This document shows, in pieces, positions 55,542-64,000 of a stretch of 64,000 bases of DNA. The stretch spans positions 12,419 to 76,418 of the forward strand of contig JACOXH010000003.1 in the NCBI GenBank assembly GCA_016176415.1, in the 5' to 3' direction. This DNA comes from Candidatus Daviesbacteria bacterium. GTDB taxonomy: Bacteria > Patescibacteriota > Microgenomatia > Daviesbacterales > UBA10151. The position numbers were made by a program, and so were the translations under genes. Position 1 is the first letter of the stretch, and each line of letters begins with the position of its first letter. The notes under the pieces were generated by a model. That model made no database searches. It was not told the DNA's origin and was given only the letters and a program-made list of their open reading frames with translations.

Positions 55542-55982
55542 ATGAAATGCCCCTTTTGCAACAGTACTTTAAGTAAGGTTATCGATAAAAGGTCAGTGGA
55601 AAAACGCGGCCAAATCAGAAGAAGGAGAGAGTGTTTAAAGTGTTTTAAACGCTACACTACTTATGAGATGTGCGCACAGCTGGAAATTTTAGTTATCAAA
55701 AAAGACGGCAGCAAACAACCATATATAAGAGAAAAACTGGAAGTTGGGTTGACGAAAGCTTTGGAAAAAAGGCCGGGGATTGACAAGGTTTGCATACTGC
55801 TTGATAGAATAGAAAGCCGGATCAGGACACGGGGACTAAGTGAGGTTGCCTCGCAAATGTTGGGTAAGTGGGTCTTGTCGGAACTTAAAAAGTTGGACCC
55901 GGTTGCCTATTTGCGTTTTGCCAGCGTCTACCGGACTTTTTCTGACCCGAAAGACTTTAAAAAAGAATTGGAGACATTATGA
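55542..55982 (+). CDS. nrdR: Transcriptional repressor NrdR
   Basis: MKCPFC, IRRRREC and VAYLRFASVY motifs. Confidence 0.95.
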   Translation: MKCPFCNSTLSKVIDKRSVEKRGQIRRRRECLKCFKRYTTYEMCAQLEILVIKKDGSKQPYIREKLEVGLTKALEKRPGIDKVCILLDRIESRIRTRGLSEVASQMLGKWVLSELKKLDPVAYLRFASVYRTFSDPKDFKKELETL

Positions 55983-58555
55983 AAAAAACAAAAGCCACAT
56001 TACAAGTTGTAACAGCGCCAAGAATCCAAAGAGGCAAGAAAACTAATGGTCAGGTCAAGCCCAATGGTTTGGATCATAACAGCAGGACTTTTGAAACAAG
56101 GTTTATTCCCCGCTACAAAACTATTCCTCAGATGCCAGAGGGTTTGCCTGAACCTACTTTTTCTGAATCCTCCAATAAGATTTTATCTGAAAGATATCTT
56201 TTAAAGGGTGGCAATTTAGAAGTGGTAGAAAGCGTGGCTGAAAGATTTTGGCACATTGCTTATGATATTGCCTCCGGTGACTTTGACTTTAAAGTTTCTC
56301 AAAGCCAGGTTTTTGATATGGCCAAAGATTTTTATACCATGATGGTCAAACAGGAATTTTTACCCAATTCTCCTACAATCATGAATGCCGGTAAGCAAAA
56401 CGGTTTGCAGTATTCTGCCTGTTTTGTGTTGCCTGTTGGGGATTCTTTGCCGGAAATTTTTGATACCGTAAAGTATGCAGCCTTAATTCATCAAACAGGA
56501 GGAGGCACAGGTTTTTCTTTTTCCCGTCTTCGTTCTGCAGGCTCAATTGTTAACACAACCGGCGGCGTGGCTTCCGGGCCAGTTTCATTTTTACGGGTTT
56601 TTAATGCAGCCACTGAATCAATAAAGCAGGGGGGTACCAGAAGGGGGGCTAATATGGGTATTTTAAGAATAGACCACCCTGATGTTTTGGAATTTATCCG
56701 CTGTAAAGCAGAACTGGACGATTTAAACAAGCCAGTATACGAGAGAATTGCCCCGCTTTTATCTTCTGATGAAGCCAGGGATTTTGTAAAAACTTTGCTT
56801 TTGGACAAGCAAATATCCAATTTTAATATTTCTGTGGCTATAACTAATAAATTTATGGAAGCTTTGGCAAAGGAAGAAGATTATGAACTGATCAGTCCTC
56901 ATGATGGCAGCGTGGTTGGTAAATTAAATTCAAAAGAGGTATTTGATGAAATAGTGGAGAGGGCATGGAAAACAGGCGATCCTGGTTTGATTTTTATTGA
57001 CAGGATTAACAACTCCCCTGCCAATCCTGTACCTGGTTTAGAGCATATTGAAGCCACAAATCCATGTGGCGAACAGCCACTTGCACCTTGGGATGCCTGT
57101 AATTTGGGTTCTATAAATTTAGGAAAATTTGTGCTGGCAGACGGGATGGATGTGGACTGGGAAAAGTTAAGACAAATAACCCGTCAGGCTGTGCGCTTTT
57201 TGGATAATGTGGTACAAGCAAATCCTTTTACTCTAAAACAAATTTATGATCAAGTGCATAAAAACAGAAGGATTGGCTTAGGAGTAATGGGGTTTGCTGA
57301 TATGCTTTTTAAGTTAAAAATCCCTTACAACTCTGATGCTGCTTTGGAACTGGCTGCCAGAATAATGAAGTTTATTAATGAAGAAGGACACAAAAAATCA
57401 GAAGAGTTGGCTGAAGAAAAAGGCGCTTTTCCTAACTGGATTCACTCTATTTATGCCAAAGGCAACCCAATCAGAAATTCCACTATCACCACCATTGCTC
57501 CCACAGGTACTATTTCCATTATCGGTGATTGTTCTTCAGGGATTGAGCCTGTATTTGCTTTAGCTTACATCCACAGAGCCAAAGCTAAGGGTGACCAGTA
57601 CAGGACTTTAACTATTGCCAATCAGACATTTACAGATATTGCCAAAAGGGAAAGTTTTTATTCAGACGACCTGGCAGCTAAAGTATTGGAGCATGGTTCA
57701 GTCAGCGGGGTTGACGGCGTTCCCCAGGAATGGCAAAAGGTGTTTGTGACAGCTCCTGAAATTGATCCTGTTTGGCACGTTAAGATGCAGGCGGCTTTTC
57801 AACAATTTACTGATAACGGGGTTTCCAAAACCATTAACTTACCAAACAGCGCTACCCGTGACGATGTCAGAGATTCTTATATGCTGGCATGGGAAACAGG
57901 CTGTAATGGCATCACTATTTACCGTGATGGTTCCAAAAGTACTCAAGTATTAAATGTTTCTTCATCTTTGGATAGTCAGGTTGCTCAAGATGATTCGCAA
58001 GCGCCGGTAGCAGAAAGGCCAATGATTTTAAGAGGCAGGACTTATAAAATTTCTACCCCTGTAGGTGAAGCTTTTATTACTGTTAACCGTGATGAGCAGG
58101 ATCAGCCTTTTGAGGTATTCGTAACAGTGGGTCGGGCAGGAATGCACACTATGGCAGATGCAGAAGCCATGGGCAGGTTAGTTTCACTTTCTTTAAGACT
58201 GGCCAGAGGTGCCAAAGAAACAGATCCCAAAGCTGTGGCTTTGAAGATTGTAGACCAGCTCAAAGGAATAGGGGGAGCTTCATATGTGGGATTTGGTAAA
58301 AACAGGGTGATGAGTCTGGCTGACGCTATTGCCAAGGTTTTGGCAGAAGATTTGTCTTTAGGGTCTCAAGGGGAGATAATTGAAACAATACCTTTGAATT
58401 TAACTATGAACGGAAACAGTAATGATCCAGAGCCTTCAAGCTATGGTTCTCACTCCAAAACCAATGCTGATCTTTGTCCTGAATGCGGCAGCGCTTCCTT
58501 TGTAATGGAAGAAGGATGTAAGAAATGTCATAGCTGTGGATACAGCATGTGCTGA
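55979..58555 (+). CDS. nrdJ: Class II (adenosylcobalamin-dependent) ribonucleotide reductase
   Basis: PNSPT, SACFV, RRGANM, TNPCGEQ, ACNLGS, IAPTGT and YRDGS motifs; C-terminal TSCPD region and Zn ribbon. Confidence 0.92.
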   Translation: MKKTKATLQVVTAPRIQRGKKTNGQVKPNGLDHNSRTFETRFIPRYKTIPQMPEGLPEPTFSESSNKILSERYLLKGGNLEVVESVAERFWHIAYDIASGDFDFKVSQSQVFDMAKDFYTMMVKQEFLPNSPTIMNAGKQNGLQYSACFVLPVGDSLPEIFDTVKYAALIHQTGGGTGFSFSRLRSAGSIVNTTGGVASGPVSFLRVFNAATESIKQGGTRRGANMGILRIDHPDVLEFIRCKAELDDLNKPVYERIAPLLSSDEARDFVKTLLLDKQISNFNISVAITNKFMEALAKEEDYELISPHDGSVVGKLNSKEVFDEIVERAWKTGDPGLIFIDRINNSPANPVPGLEHIEATNPCGEQPLAPWDACNLGSINLGKFVLADGMDVDWEKLRQITRQAVRFLDNVVQANPFTLKQIYDQVHKNRRIGLGVMGFADMLFKLKIPYNSDAALELAARIMKFINEEGHKKSEELAEEKGAFPNWIHSIYAKGNPIRNSTITTIAPTGTISIIGDCSSGIEPVFALAYIHRAKAKGDQYRTLTIANQTFTDIAKRESFYSDDLAAKVLEHGSVSGVDGVPQEWQKVFVTAPEIDPVWHVKMQAAFQQFTDNGVSKTINLPNSATRDDVRDSYMLAWETGCNGITIYRDGSKSTQVLNVSSSLDSQVAQDDSQAPVAERPMILRGRTYKISTPVGEAFITVNRDEQDQPFEVFVTVGRAGMHTMADAEAMGRLVSLSLRLARGAKETDPKAVALKIVDQLKGIGGASYVGFGKNRVMSLADAIAKVLAEDLSLGSQGEIIETIPLNLTMNGNSNDPEPSSYGSHSKTNADLCPECGSASFVMEEGCKKCHSCGYSMC

Positions 58556-58950
58556 CATTTCTTGCGACAGCAGGCTGTCTTAAGAAGTGTCATTCGTGCG
58601 GGTACTCGATGTGTTAACCAAGAATTGGCAGGGGGAAACCTTTCCTTTAGAAACTTAAGGTAAATTTCAATATCTTCTCCGTGATCAAATGCCATTTCTT
58701 CTTTCGCGGGAAGATTGTCTAATTCAAACCATCTTAGCTCCTTTACTTCCCGTTTTACGGCTTGTTCCAGGTTTTCATCTCTGTCAAAAAAACCTCCAAG
58801 CAACGCCCATTTTCCTGATTCAAGAATAGGTTGACCATTCAGAGCCCCCCTTTTGCCTAAAAGTATTTTGCTATCTTTTATTACTATTGCATTAACGGTG
58901 ATATGTTTTGATGAGGCTTTATTTTTATTTTCAAAATGACATGTAATCAT
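58528..58950 (-). pseudogene. NUDIX hydrolase with internal deletion and 3' frameshift
   Basis: Nudix box GGFFDRDENLEQAVKREVKE is cut directly into LRWF; one extra C in TTTCCCCC hides FPLPILG*. Confidence 0.65.
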
Positions 58951-58999
58951 AGATATATTTTATCACTCTCTACTGTTGACTAACCCGACGTGCAGCTAC

Positions 59000-59738
59000 A
59001 CTTCCACCCCCGAGGTGGAAGTTAGGTGGAAGTTAATCTTCGCCATCTAAGAGCTGGTGTTTAATTAATTCCAATTCCTGCGCATAGCTAATTTGGTCGT
59101 CAGTAAACTTTTTATAATCTGCAACAGATTTAAAAAAATTAAGTATTTCTTCCTTTGTACATACTCCTTTACCATTCAAATATTCATTGTAAGATGACCA
59201 TTCATAATCCTCTGGTTTCTTGGTCAGAAACGAAGAAACAGAATTTAAGTGGATATATCTTGATACATGGACTAATTGTTCGTCAGATTCTATTAAGACA
59301 GCTTTAAATTGTCCCTGCAATAGAGGGCCAACTCTATTAAATTTAGTATTATAAAATTTAGTATAGCTATTGGTAAGCTTGCTAATAAATTCGCTTATAC
59401 CACCTTCTTTCAGTTGTTTTATCAGGAAATGAAAATGGTTAGGCATTAAGCAGTAACAGACGATGTCAACTATTTTTTTATTAGGATCAGGCTCGAATGA
59501 TTTATATTGGATAAAGTTTGAAAATTTCGGTTTAGGCCCTTCTAAGCGATAATAATTAATTGCCTGTAAAAATCGTGTATATGTTCTTCTGTTTTCATAT
59601 ATTCTTCTTTTTTCCACTCCACGGTTGTAAATGTGATAAAACTGACCGTTAATTAAAGGAATAATTCTTGCTGGCATAGATTTAGAATAAATAAAAATTA
59701 CCGAGGTGTCAATACACTTTCACCCCCGAGGTGGAAGT
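59000..59738 (-). mobile_element. RAYT locus: tyrosine transposase flanked by REP palindromes
   Basis: ACTTYCACCCCCGAGGTGGAAGT at 59000-59022 and 59716-59738, with partial copies at 59024-59032 and 59701-59708. Confidence 0.85.
59033..59677 (-). CDS. REP-associated tyrosine transposase (Y1 HUH family)
   Basis: YHIYNRG, YCLMPNHFHFLI (HUH), SRYIHLN (catalytic Tyr) and YEWSSY motifs. Confidence 0.9.
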   Translation of the reverse strand: MPARIIPLINGQFYHIYNRGVEKRRIYENRRTYTRFLQAINYYRLEGPKPKFSNFIQYKSFEPDPNKKIVDIVCYCLMPNHFHFLIKQLKEGGISEFISKLTNSYTKFYNTKFNRVGPLLQGQFKAVLIESDEQLVHVSRYIHLNSVSSFLTKKPEDYEWSSYNEYLNGKGVCTKEEILNFFKSVADYKKFTDDQISYAQELELIKHQLLDGED

Positions 59739-59771
59739 ACAAATTCATAGATTCTCTGGTAAAATCAGCTC

Positions 59772-60305
59772 ATGAGCGAGGGCAAGGGTCTGATTATTTT
59801 ATATACTGGTGAAGGGAAAGGGAAAACTACAGCTGCTTTGGGATTGGTTTTAAGGGCTGTGGGCTATAAAAGAAAATGCTTAATTGTTCAATTTGGCAAA
59901 ATGTGGTTTACAGGTGAGGCTGAAGGGGTGAAAATGCTCTCCCCTTTTGTTAAATTTGTTCAAGGCGGAAAAGGATTTGTAAAAATTTTGGGGGATAAAC
60001 TGCCTTTAAAAGAACACAAAAAGGCAGCGAATAAGACCTTTGATCTATTATATAAGGAAGTAATGTCCGGTAAGTGGGATGTAATAGTGGCTGATGAAAT
60101 AGCGGGAGCGGTCTCTTCAAAAATACTTTCTCTTACAAAAGTATTACGCCTTTTGAAGGCTAAACCTCAAAGACTGGATTTAGTATTAACTGGTCACCAT
60201 GCACCTGAAAAATTAGTTCAACTGGCAGATTTGGTTACTGAAATGCAAGAAGTCAAACACCCCTACAAAACCGGAATTTTGGCAAAAAAGGGGGTTGACT
60301 TTTAG
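59772..60305 (+). CDS. cobO: Cob(I)alamin adenosyltransferase (CobO/BtuR type)
   Basis: YTGEGKGKTTAALG, VQF, ADE, LTG and ADLVTEM..KHPY motifs. Confidence 0.9.
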   Translation: MSEGKGLIILYTGEGKGKTTAALGLVLRAVGYKRKCLIVQFGKMWFTGEAEGVKMLSPFVKFVQGGKGFVKILGDKLPLKEHKKAANKTFDLLYKEVMSGKWDVIVADEIAGAVSSKILSLTKVLRLLKAKPQRLDLVLTGHHAPEKLVQLADLVTEMQEVKHPYKTGILAKKGVDF

Positions 60306-60329
60306 CACTCTGCATGGTAATCTGCTAAT

Positions 60330-62650
60330 ATGTCTGATTTTATTAAACCTTCTGCGCGCGAACCTTTGAAACTTAAACCTACTTTACCTGTGGGTCCTTT
60401 AAGAGATACAGTAATTTTTCCCGGTAATTCTGTCCCGATTGTTTCAGGCAGGCCCAAATCTAAAGCCGCTTTGGATATTGCCTGGAATTCTGATAAACTA
60501 ATTGTTTTTGTTACCCAAAAAAACTCCCGTATAGAAGACCCTGTTGAAAAAGATTTATATAAAGTAGGAACTGTCTGTTTAATCAGAAGAGTGGTTAAAA
60601 ACCCTGAAGGTGAGTATACACTGCAGGCAGAGGGGTTAAGCCGTGTATTTTTGAAAAACTTTACAAAAATAGAGCCATATCTGGAGGCAGGGGTAATCCT
60701 TTCTTTGATCAAAGCAATTTTGCCAACTGGTCACTTTTTACTTACAGTGATGATCCGAATCAGTTGGTTAATTCTGTTACTCAGGCCATTGATTTTAAAA
60801 CCATAGATAAACAGCAGATTTTAGAAATGGTTTCTGCTGCAGACAGGCTACAAAGATTATCAGAGCTTTTAGCTAAAGAAATCAGGATTTTAGAGATTTC
60901 CCAAAAAATTTCTTCCCAAACACAGGAAAGAGTTTCCAAGATGACCAAAGAGGCAATCTTAAGAGAGCAGATGAAAAGTATTGAGGAGGAGTTGGGGGGA
61001 GCAGATACAGAACATCAGGAAATAAGGGAATTCGAGCTGAAGATCAAAAAAGCAGGCATGTCTAAAGAAGTGCTGGAAAGAGCCAGAAAAGAGTTGGCAA
61101 GGCTTGCCAAAATGTCCTCATACAACCCTGAAGCAGGCTATATAAGAAATTATTTAGAGTGGCTGACAGATTTGCCCTGGAGAAATGAAAAGAAAAGCAG
61201 CGTAGATCTTAAAAAAGCAGAAGGAATTTTAGAAGAAGATCATTATGGTTTAAAAAAGGTCAAAGAAAGAATTTTGGAATATCTGGCAGTTTATAAGCTG
61301 GCAGGTAAAATGAGAGGGCCAATCCTTTGTTTTGTGGGCCCTCCGGGTACAGGTAAAACTTCCATCGGTAAATCAATTGCCAGAGCATTGGGCAGAAAAT
61401 TCATAAAAGTCTCTTTAGGAGGGATCAGGGATGAGGCGGAGATAAGGGGTCACAGAAGAACTTATGTAGGTTCTATGCCGGGCAGAGTTGTGCAGGGAAT
61501 AAAACAGGCAGGCGCTACAAACCCTGTATTTATGCTGGATGAAATTGATAAAATTGGCGCAGACTACAGAGGTGACCCTTCAGCAGCATTACTGGAAGCT
61601 TTGGATCCTGAACAAAATGAAGGATTTTCAGACCACTATCTGGAGGTGCCTTATGATTTGTCTAATGTGATGTTTATCACTACAGCCAATATTTTAGACA
61701 CTATTCCCCCGGCTTTAAGAGACAGATTAGAAGTTATAAGATATCCAGGTTATACAGAGGATGAAAAATTCCACATTGCCAAAAAATTCTTAATCCCCAA
61801 ACAGATGGAAAACCATGGCTTAAAAGGCGATAAGATAGAGTTTGAAGACGAAAGCATCCGCGCAATTATCCGGGGATATACCAGAGAAGCAGGAGTGAGA
61901 AATCTGGAAAGAGAAGTTTCAGCAGTATTTAGAAAAGTGGCGAGAAAAATTGCAGAAGGTGAAACCAAAAAATTCACTATTACCGTAAAAGATATTCATG
62001 GATTTTTAGGTCCAATTAAATTTCTGCCGATTTTGGCTGAGAAAGAAGATGAGATAGGGATGGTGACTGGTTTGTCTGTTACAGAAGCAGGCGGAGAGGT
62101 GCTGTTTATTGAAGTGACTTTAATGCCGGGTAAAGGCAACTTAATTCTTACGGGTCAGCTGGGAGACGTGATGAAAGAATCAGGACAGGCAGCCATGTCT
62201 TATGTCAGGTCTCGCTGGGCAAGCTTGGGGCTAAAGGAGAATTTCTTTCAAAAAGTTGACGTGCATGTGCATGTGCCGGAAGGAGCTATTCCCAAAGACG
62301 GTCCTTCAGCAGGTATTGCCTTAACTACCGCCATTGTTTCAGCATTTACAAAAGTTTCTGTACATAAGGAAGTTGCTATGACAGGTGAGGTAACTTTAAG
62401 AGGCAGGGTGCTGGAAATAGGCGGACTTAAAGAAAAAGTTTTGGCAGCTCACCGGGCCGGAGTCAAAATAGTGATTTGTCCGGCTGACAATGAAAAAGAC
62501 ATGGAAGATATTCCTGATTATGTACAAAAAGATTTAAAATTCTTCTTTGTCAAACATATGGATGAGGTTTTAAAAGTGGCTCTTATCAGGCCTCCTCAAC
62601 CGGCATCCCGTAAAAGTGTCCCAATCCCCCCTCCGGCCTATATGGCTTGA
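60330..62650 (+). pseudogene. lon: Lon protease split by a frameshift and apparent deletion near 60690
   Basis: N-domain PLRDTVIFP in one frame; [13 protein letters not shown] and PKDGPSAG in another; could be an assembly artefact. Confidence 0.8.
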
Positions 62651-62685
62651 TTGTCATACTAACCTTTTTGTGAAATAATTAGGGT

Positions 62686-63072
62686 ATGGATCAGCAGCAA
62701 CAGATGTCTCCTCAACAACCACAGCCTTCCGTACCCCAAGTCAATAGAACCTCTTTAGGCCTGGATGAAAATATTGAAGGATTGCTTTGCTATGTTTTCG
62801 GCTGGATTACAGGTCTGATTTTTCTGCTTCTTGAGAAAAATAGTAGATTTGTGAAATTTCATGCGATCCAATCTTTAATTGTTTCTGTTGCCGGTTTTAT
62901 TTTAATTATAGGAACAAATCTTCTGCCTATGGGGTTTTTAATACTCTTTGCGATAGGTCCAATCACTTTTATCCTTTGGATTGTGCTTATGGTAAAAGCT
63001 TATCAGGGAGAATGGTTTAAATTGCCTATAGCAGGAGAAATTGCTTTAAATCAAGTAAATAAGCAAGCTTGA
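62686..63072 (+). CDS. DUF4870 family membrane protein
   Basis: LGLDENIEGLLCY..FVKFHAIQS..KAYQGE.FKLP. Confidence 0.85.
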   Translation: MDQQQQMSPQQPQPSVPQVNRTSLGLDENIEGLLCYVFGWITGLIFLLLEKNSRFVKFHAIQSLIVSVAGFILIIGTNLLPMGFLILFAIGPITFILWIVLMVKAYQGEWFKLPIAGEIALNQVNKQA

Positions 63073-63088
63073 TGTTTCATGATAAGAG

Positions 63089-63670
63089 TTAATTTTTAAC
63101 TGCGATATTAATCATCACAGCATTTTCAAACCTTTGGTCCTGGGAGATATTAATTGTTAATTGTACCTGGCGGGTACCCTTGGTATAAGCAAAAAGACTA
63201 CCTTGTGCCGTAGAGGCTGTAGATCCTTCTGTCCAACCATTTGCGACCATTTCATTTTTGTAAAAATCGGAAATTTGACTAAGATTTCCATTGTTAACAG
63301 CCCAGCTTACAATATCTACCCCTTCCTGGTTCAGTGCCATTACCAAAGTACTATTTGGATATTCTGGGATGTCAGTAGGAAAATTAGTAGGCAGCTTAAC
63401 TGTTTGGCCAACGCTTATAGTTTTACCTGGGGTTTTAATATTAATAGTATTGCCGGAAGTGTTAATTTGGGAATCAGGTCCAAGTTGGCTGCGGGCTTGA
63501 AATAAGCCAATCTGCATAATAATAAAAGGGATGCTTGAACCAATAGCCAGTATCACAGCACCAACAATAATTAAGATAATAACTAGTTTAGATTTGCTTT
63601 TAGTAGGGATAGGAGGTGGGGTAGTGGATTGAGGGAGGGGAGTAACAGAAATTGGATTTTGTGGGTCCAT
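63089..63670 (-). CDS. Membrane-anchored hypothetical protein
   Basis: Pro-rich N-terminus, one TM segment, LPTNFPTDIPEYP..FYKNEM..NGW. Confidence 0.7.
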   Translation of the reverse strand: MDPQNPISVTPLPQSTTPPPIPTKSKSKLVIILIIVGAVILAIGSSIPFIIMQIGLFQARSQLGPDSQINTSGNTINIKTPGKTISVGQTVKLPTNFPTDIPEYPNSTLVMALNQEGVDIVSWAVNNGNLSQISDFYKNEMVANGWTEGSTASTAQGSLFAYTKGTRQVQLTINISQDQRFENAVMINIAVKN

Positions 63671-63773
63671 ATAAAAAACTATGACAGCTTATTCTTTTAC
63701 TGTCAAGTTGCCTTCTTGACTAAATAATATCTTCTAGTGTAAATTCTATTAAGTTACTGCTCCGAAAATTTTC

Positions 63774-64000
63774 ATGGATTTCATAGTAAATAACACAAAT
63801 TTAATTATCTGGCTCGCCGTGGCGAGTGCTTTAGGTTATGGTTTTTGGCTGGTTATTGATGTTTTAAAAAGAGACTCCGGTGACGAGAGAATGAAGGAGA
63901 TTGCTTCTGCTATACAACTGGGAGCTGCAGCATACTTACAAAGGCAGTACAAAGTAGTAGCTGTAGTAGCAATAGCTCTGGCCATAGGCATTTATTTTTT
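63774..64000 (+). CDS. hppA: Membrane-bound H+/Na+-translocating pyrophosphatase (3'-truncated; not in ORF track)
   Basis: MDFIVNN..GDERMKEIASAIQLGAAAYLQRQYK N-terminal signature. Confidence 0.85.
   Translation, partial: MDFIVNNTNLIIWLAVASALGYGFWLVIDVLKRDSGDERMKEIASAIQLGAAAYLQRQYKVVAVVAIALAIGIYF

Noticed and set aside
59033-59677. Ordinary IS200/IS605 element
   Set aside because: The protein is longer than TnpA and has RAYT-type YIHLN/WSSY motifs; there is no tnpB, and the flanking palindromes recur far from the gene
60680-60700. Programmed ribosomal frameshift in lon
   Set aside because: No canonical slippery heptamer at the junction, and sequence appears to be missing, which frameshifting would not restore
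644-63505. Numerous short antisense or nested ORFs in the track (e.g. 644-940, 5136-5516, 26565-26981, 46245-46664, 60302-60712)
   Set aside because: They are shadow frames of well-supported genes and have no motifs or initiation signals
1-64000. CRISPR array
   Set aside because: No regularly spaced direct repeats with unique spacers and no cas genes were seen; the repeats are dispersed palindromes

Overview
AT-rich, gene-dense chromosomal window. The gene set suggests a Patescibacteria/CPR bacterium, probably Microgenomates (inference: short secD/secF, archaeal-type non-discriminating AspRS, compact GluRS, VKOR-DsbA, class II RNR, membrane PPase). Housekeeping genes are secD/F, cca, recJ, aspS, gltX, tRNA-Gln, nrdR-nrdJ, lon and hppA. 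Accessory content is a tRNA-adjacent defence island (GIY-YIG nuclease, type III RM, DUF4365-like nuclease), a heavy-metal/thiol-redox block (merA, CsoR, CopB-type ATPase, a BlaI/M56 regulon) and a riboflavin operon under an FMN riboswitch. Five signals are absent from the ORF track. (1) A REP-associated tyrosine transposase (RAYT) is flanked by CACCCCCGAGGTG palindromes. Related 34-bp hairpins with compensatory substitutions sit in-frame in cca and aspS and in one intergenic site, and a variant pair lies in a 987-aa surface-protein gene. (2) A second palindrome family (CTTCGACTNCGCTCAG / GTCATTCTGAGC..GAAGAATCT) is nested around a GIY-YIG gene and inserted in recJ, copB and the FMN riboswitch. 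(3) Two complete ribosome-dependent attenuators have unannotated leader peptides, one Tyr/Phe/Trp-rich and one Leu-rich. (4) Repeated KLYxLxxEEIKIVE spacers separate defence genes. (5) Leaderless-type promoters are pervasive. All calls were made by eye from motifs; no searches were run.
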